Source of the DNA: an uncultured Erysipelotrichaceae bacterium
GTDB taxonomy: Bacteria; Bacillota_I; Bacilli_A; RF39; UBA660
NCBI GenBank assembly: GCA_902783185.1
Contig: CACZPQ010000098.1
Coordinates: forward strand, 1 to 47,637
Length of the DNA: 47,637 bases
Reading direction: 5' to 3'
Below are positions 45,525-47,637 of the stretch, piece by piece (the stretch's first letter is position 1; each line of letters begins with the position of its first letter). The position numbers were made by a program, and so were the translations under genes. Below the pieces are notes generated by a model that worked only from the letters and a program-made list of their open reading frames with translations, did not search any database and was not told the origin of the DNA.

Positions 45525-47507
45525 ATGAATGATGAACAAAGAAACATTATTAATACTATTAAACTATTAGCTATAGATATGATTGATGCTGCTAGTTCTG
45601 GACATCCGGGCATTGTATTAGGTGCGGCACCAATTCTTTATATGTTATATGCAAATCATTTAAGAATAGATCCAAAAAATCCAAATTGGGTTGATAGAGA
45701 TAGATTTGTTATGTCTCCAGGTCATGGTTCTGCTCTTTTATATGCAACATTATTTATGGCAGGATATGATATTTCATTAGAGGATTTAGTAAGATTTAGA
45801 CAAATTGATTCTAAAACACCGGGACATCCAGAATATGGTAAAACTCCAGGAGTAGAATATTCAACAGGTGTATTAGGTGAAGGATTTGCTGCTGCTGTTG
45901 GTATGGCAATGGCTGAAAAGTATTTACAAGGATATATTTCAAATTATGTAGATAAACAAAAAATTATTGATCATAAGATATATTGCTTAGTTAGCGATGG
46001 AGATTTAGAGGAAGGAATTTCTTATGAAGCGGCCAATTTAGCATCATTATATGGTTTAAATAATTTAATTGTTTTATATGATTCAAATTCAATGACACTA
46101 GATAATAATTTATCAGCATCATCTTCAGAAAATATTATAAAAAGATTAGATGCACTAGGTTGGAATATCGATTATGTTAATGATGGAAATAATCTTAAAA
46201 AATTGGATCAAGCAATTACTAAAGCTAAAAGAAATAAAAACAATCCTACTTTGATTGAAATAAAAACAATTATAGGTCAAGATTCATTTAATCAAGGTAC
46301 AAATATAGTTCATGGTAGACCACTATCAAAAGATGATATAACATCATTACATCAAATATTTAAATTAAATACATCTAAATTTGAGATAACTAAAAAATAT
46401 TTAGATGACTTTAGAGAAACTATTCAAAAAAGAATGGAAAAAGAAATTGCTAAATGGAATGAATATTATGAAATATTTCATTTAACTAATTCTAATGAAA
46501 TTCAAACATTTGATAGATTTATTAAAGAAGGTAATATTAATTTATCTTTTGATGCTAAGAATTTTAAAATAAATGCAACATATGATGAAGATTTAAGAGA
46601 AACAAATAATAAGATTATGAATATTATTGCAGAAAGAACACCATTCTTTATTGGTGGTTCTGCTGATTTATCAGCAAGTTGCAATACTAAGTTATTAAAA
46701 TATTCTGCTTTTTCTAAAAATGATTATTCGGGAAGAAATATTTCGTATGGTATTAGAGAACATGCTATGGCTGCAATAACAAATGGTATGACAACATATA
46801 ACTTAAGACCATATGCATCAACATTTTTAACTTTTTCTGATCATATGAAACCATCAATGAGAATTGCTGCAATGCAAAATTTAGCATCTACGTTTATATT
46901 TACACATGATTCAATTAAAATAGGCGAAGATGGTCCAACACATCAACCAATTGAACAATTAATTACATTAAGAAGTATTCCTAATATGCATGTATTTAGA
47001 CCTGCGGATATTAATGAAGTTATTGGTTCTTGGGATGCAATAATGAAATTAGGAAAAACTTCATCACTTATTATTCATAAAGGAAAAACTCATGTTTTAG
47101 CTGGCACTAGTGGTGAAGAAGTTAAAAATGGAGGATATATTGTAAAAAATGAAAAACAAAGATTAGATGGAGTGATTGTATCTTGTGGAAATGATTTAAC
47201 AACATCTCTATTAATTGCTGATGAATTAAGTGATACTTATGATTTAAGAGTTGTTTCAATGCCTTGTTTAGAATTATTCTTTAATAAACCACAAGAATAT
47301 AGACAAAGTATTATTCCAAAAGGTGTAAAAGTAATTGCAATTGAAGCATCTACAAAAGAGAATTGGACTAGAATTACTAATTACGATAATGTTATTGGTT
47401 TATCAACATTCGGATATAGTGGTAAAGAACATGATGTATTAAGAAAAATGAATTTTGATAAAGATGGCATTAAAAATCAAGTATTAAATATTTTAAAAAA
47501 TATGTAA
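45525..47507 (+). CDS. tkt: transketolase
   Basis: SSGHPG, MSPGHGS, CLVSDGDLEEGISYEA, EHAM and EDGPTHQPIEQL motifs are present. An alternative start lies at 45513/45516. Confidence 0.92.
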   Translation: MNDEQRNIINTIKLLAIDMIDAASSGHPGIVLGAAPILYMLYANHLRIDPKNPNWVDRDRFVMSPGHGSALLYATLFMAGYDISLEDLVRFRQIDSKTPGHPEYGKTPGVEYSTGVLGEGFAAAVGMAMAEKYLQGYISNYVDKQKIIDHKIYCLVSDGDLEEGISYEAANLASLYGLNNLIVLYDSNSMTLDNNLSASSSENIIKRLDALGWNIDYVNDGNNLKKLDQAITKAKRNKNNPTLIEIKTIIGQDSFNQGTNIVHGRPLSKDDITSLHQIFKLNTSKFEITKKYLDDFRETIQKRMEKEIAKWNEYYEIFHLTNSNEIQTFDRFIKEGNINLSFDAKNFKINATYDEDLRETNNKIMNIIAERTPFFIGGSADLSASCNTKLLKYSAFSKNDYSGRNISYGIREHAMAAITNGMTTYNLRPYASTFLTFSDHMKPSMRIAAMQNLASTFIFTHDSIKIGEDGPTHQPIEQLITLRSIPNMHVFRPADINEVIGSWDAIMKLGKTSSLIIHKGKTHVLAGTSGEEVKNGGYIVKNEKQRLDGVIVSCGNDLTTSLLIADELSDTYDLRVVSMPCLELFFNKPQEYRQSIIPKGVKVIAIEASTKENWTRITNYDNVIGLSTFGYSGKEHDVLRKMNFDKDGIKNQVLNILKNM

Positions 47508-47572
47508 AGAAAATGTACAAATTTCAATTTAAAAAAAGGAAATTAAGGATTTACCTAGAATAATAATAGTAG

Positions 47573-47604
47573 AGGGACTAATTAATTTTAATTAGTCCCT
47601 TTTA
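47573..47604 (+). terminator. Rho-independent terminator
   Basis: 11-bp stem agggactaatt/aattagtccct with a 6-nt loop and a T-run. Confidence 0.7.
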
Positions 47605-47637
47605 TATTTATAAAAAGAAAGGAGGTGTAAAAATGAA

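Noticed and set aside
1-47637. The Mollicutes-like composition raised the possibility of genetic code 4 (TGA = Trp), and I also looked for a CRISPR array.
   Set aside because: TGA terminates well-defined genes (rpoB at 18786-18788 and the first ORF at 361-363), and conserved proteins are full length under code 11. No regularly spaced direct repeats of CRISPR type were seen on either strand.
47617-47637. RBS aaaggagg plus ATG at 47633 at the right edge.
   Set aside because: Probably the start of the next gene, but only 5 nt of coding sequence are visible, so no call is made.

Overview
47.6-kb window from a very AT-rich (about 25-28% G+C) Firmicute, probably Erysipelotrichia- or Clostridia-like. 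The standard code applies, since TGA is used as a stop, for example at the end of rpoB. The backbone is housekeeping: a fused BY-kinase plus PHP phosphatase, dgkA, rpoB-rpoC, a Val T-box driving an HD protein plus valS, a short Rel homologue, two divergent FemAB paralogs, lemA/DUF2207, sigK, yqeG-yqeH, mutL, a LexA-like repressor, a UgtP-like glycosyltransferase and tkt. Accessory content is layered on this backbone. (1) A ~9.6-kb integrase/excisionase element (about 5151..14758) sits in the anticodon loop of a tRNA-Met(CAU) gene. The host tRNA is left as two halves and the element carries its own complete, atypical tRNA(CAU). (2) At the left window edge, a lectin-like C-terminal module shows an adenine-depleted, AAC-codon-rich, GC-rich patch that looks like a diversity-generating-retroelement variable region. 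No TR or RT is in the window. (3) Between the two fem genes lie an orphan PD-(D/E)xK toxin-like ORF and two tandem minus-strand units, each a consensus promoter plus a GU-rich hairpin terminator. These are candidate ~50-nt antisense sRNAs, and the first overlaps the ORF's stop codon. (4) A G10 tract sits in the promoter spacer of a surface-protein gene and is a candidate phase-variation switch. (5) A 974-aa DUF285/BspA-like protein has a complete sortase sorting signal in the middle of the protein. All functional calls come from motif recognition by eye; no database search was possible.
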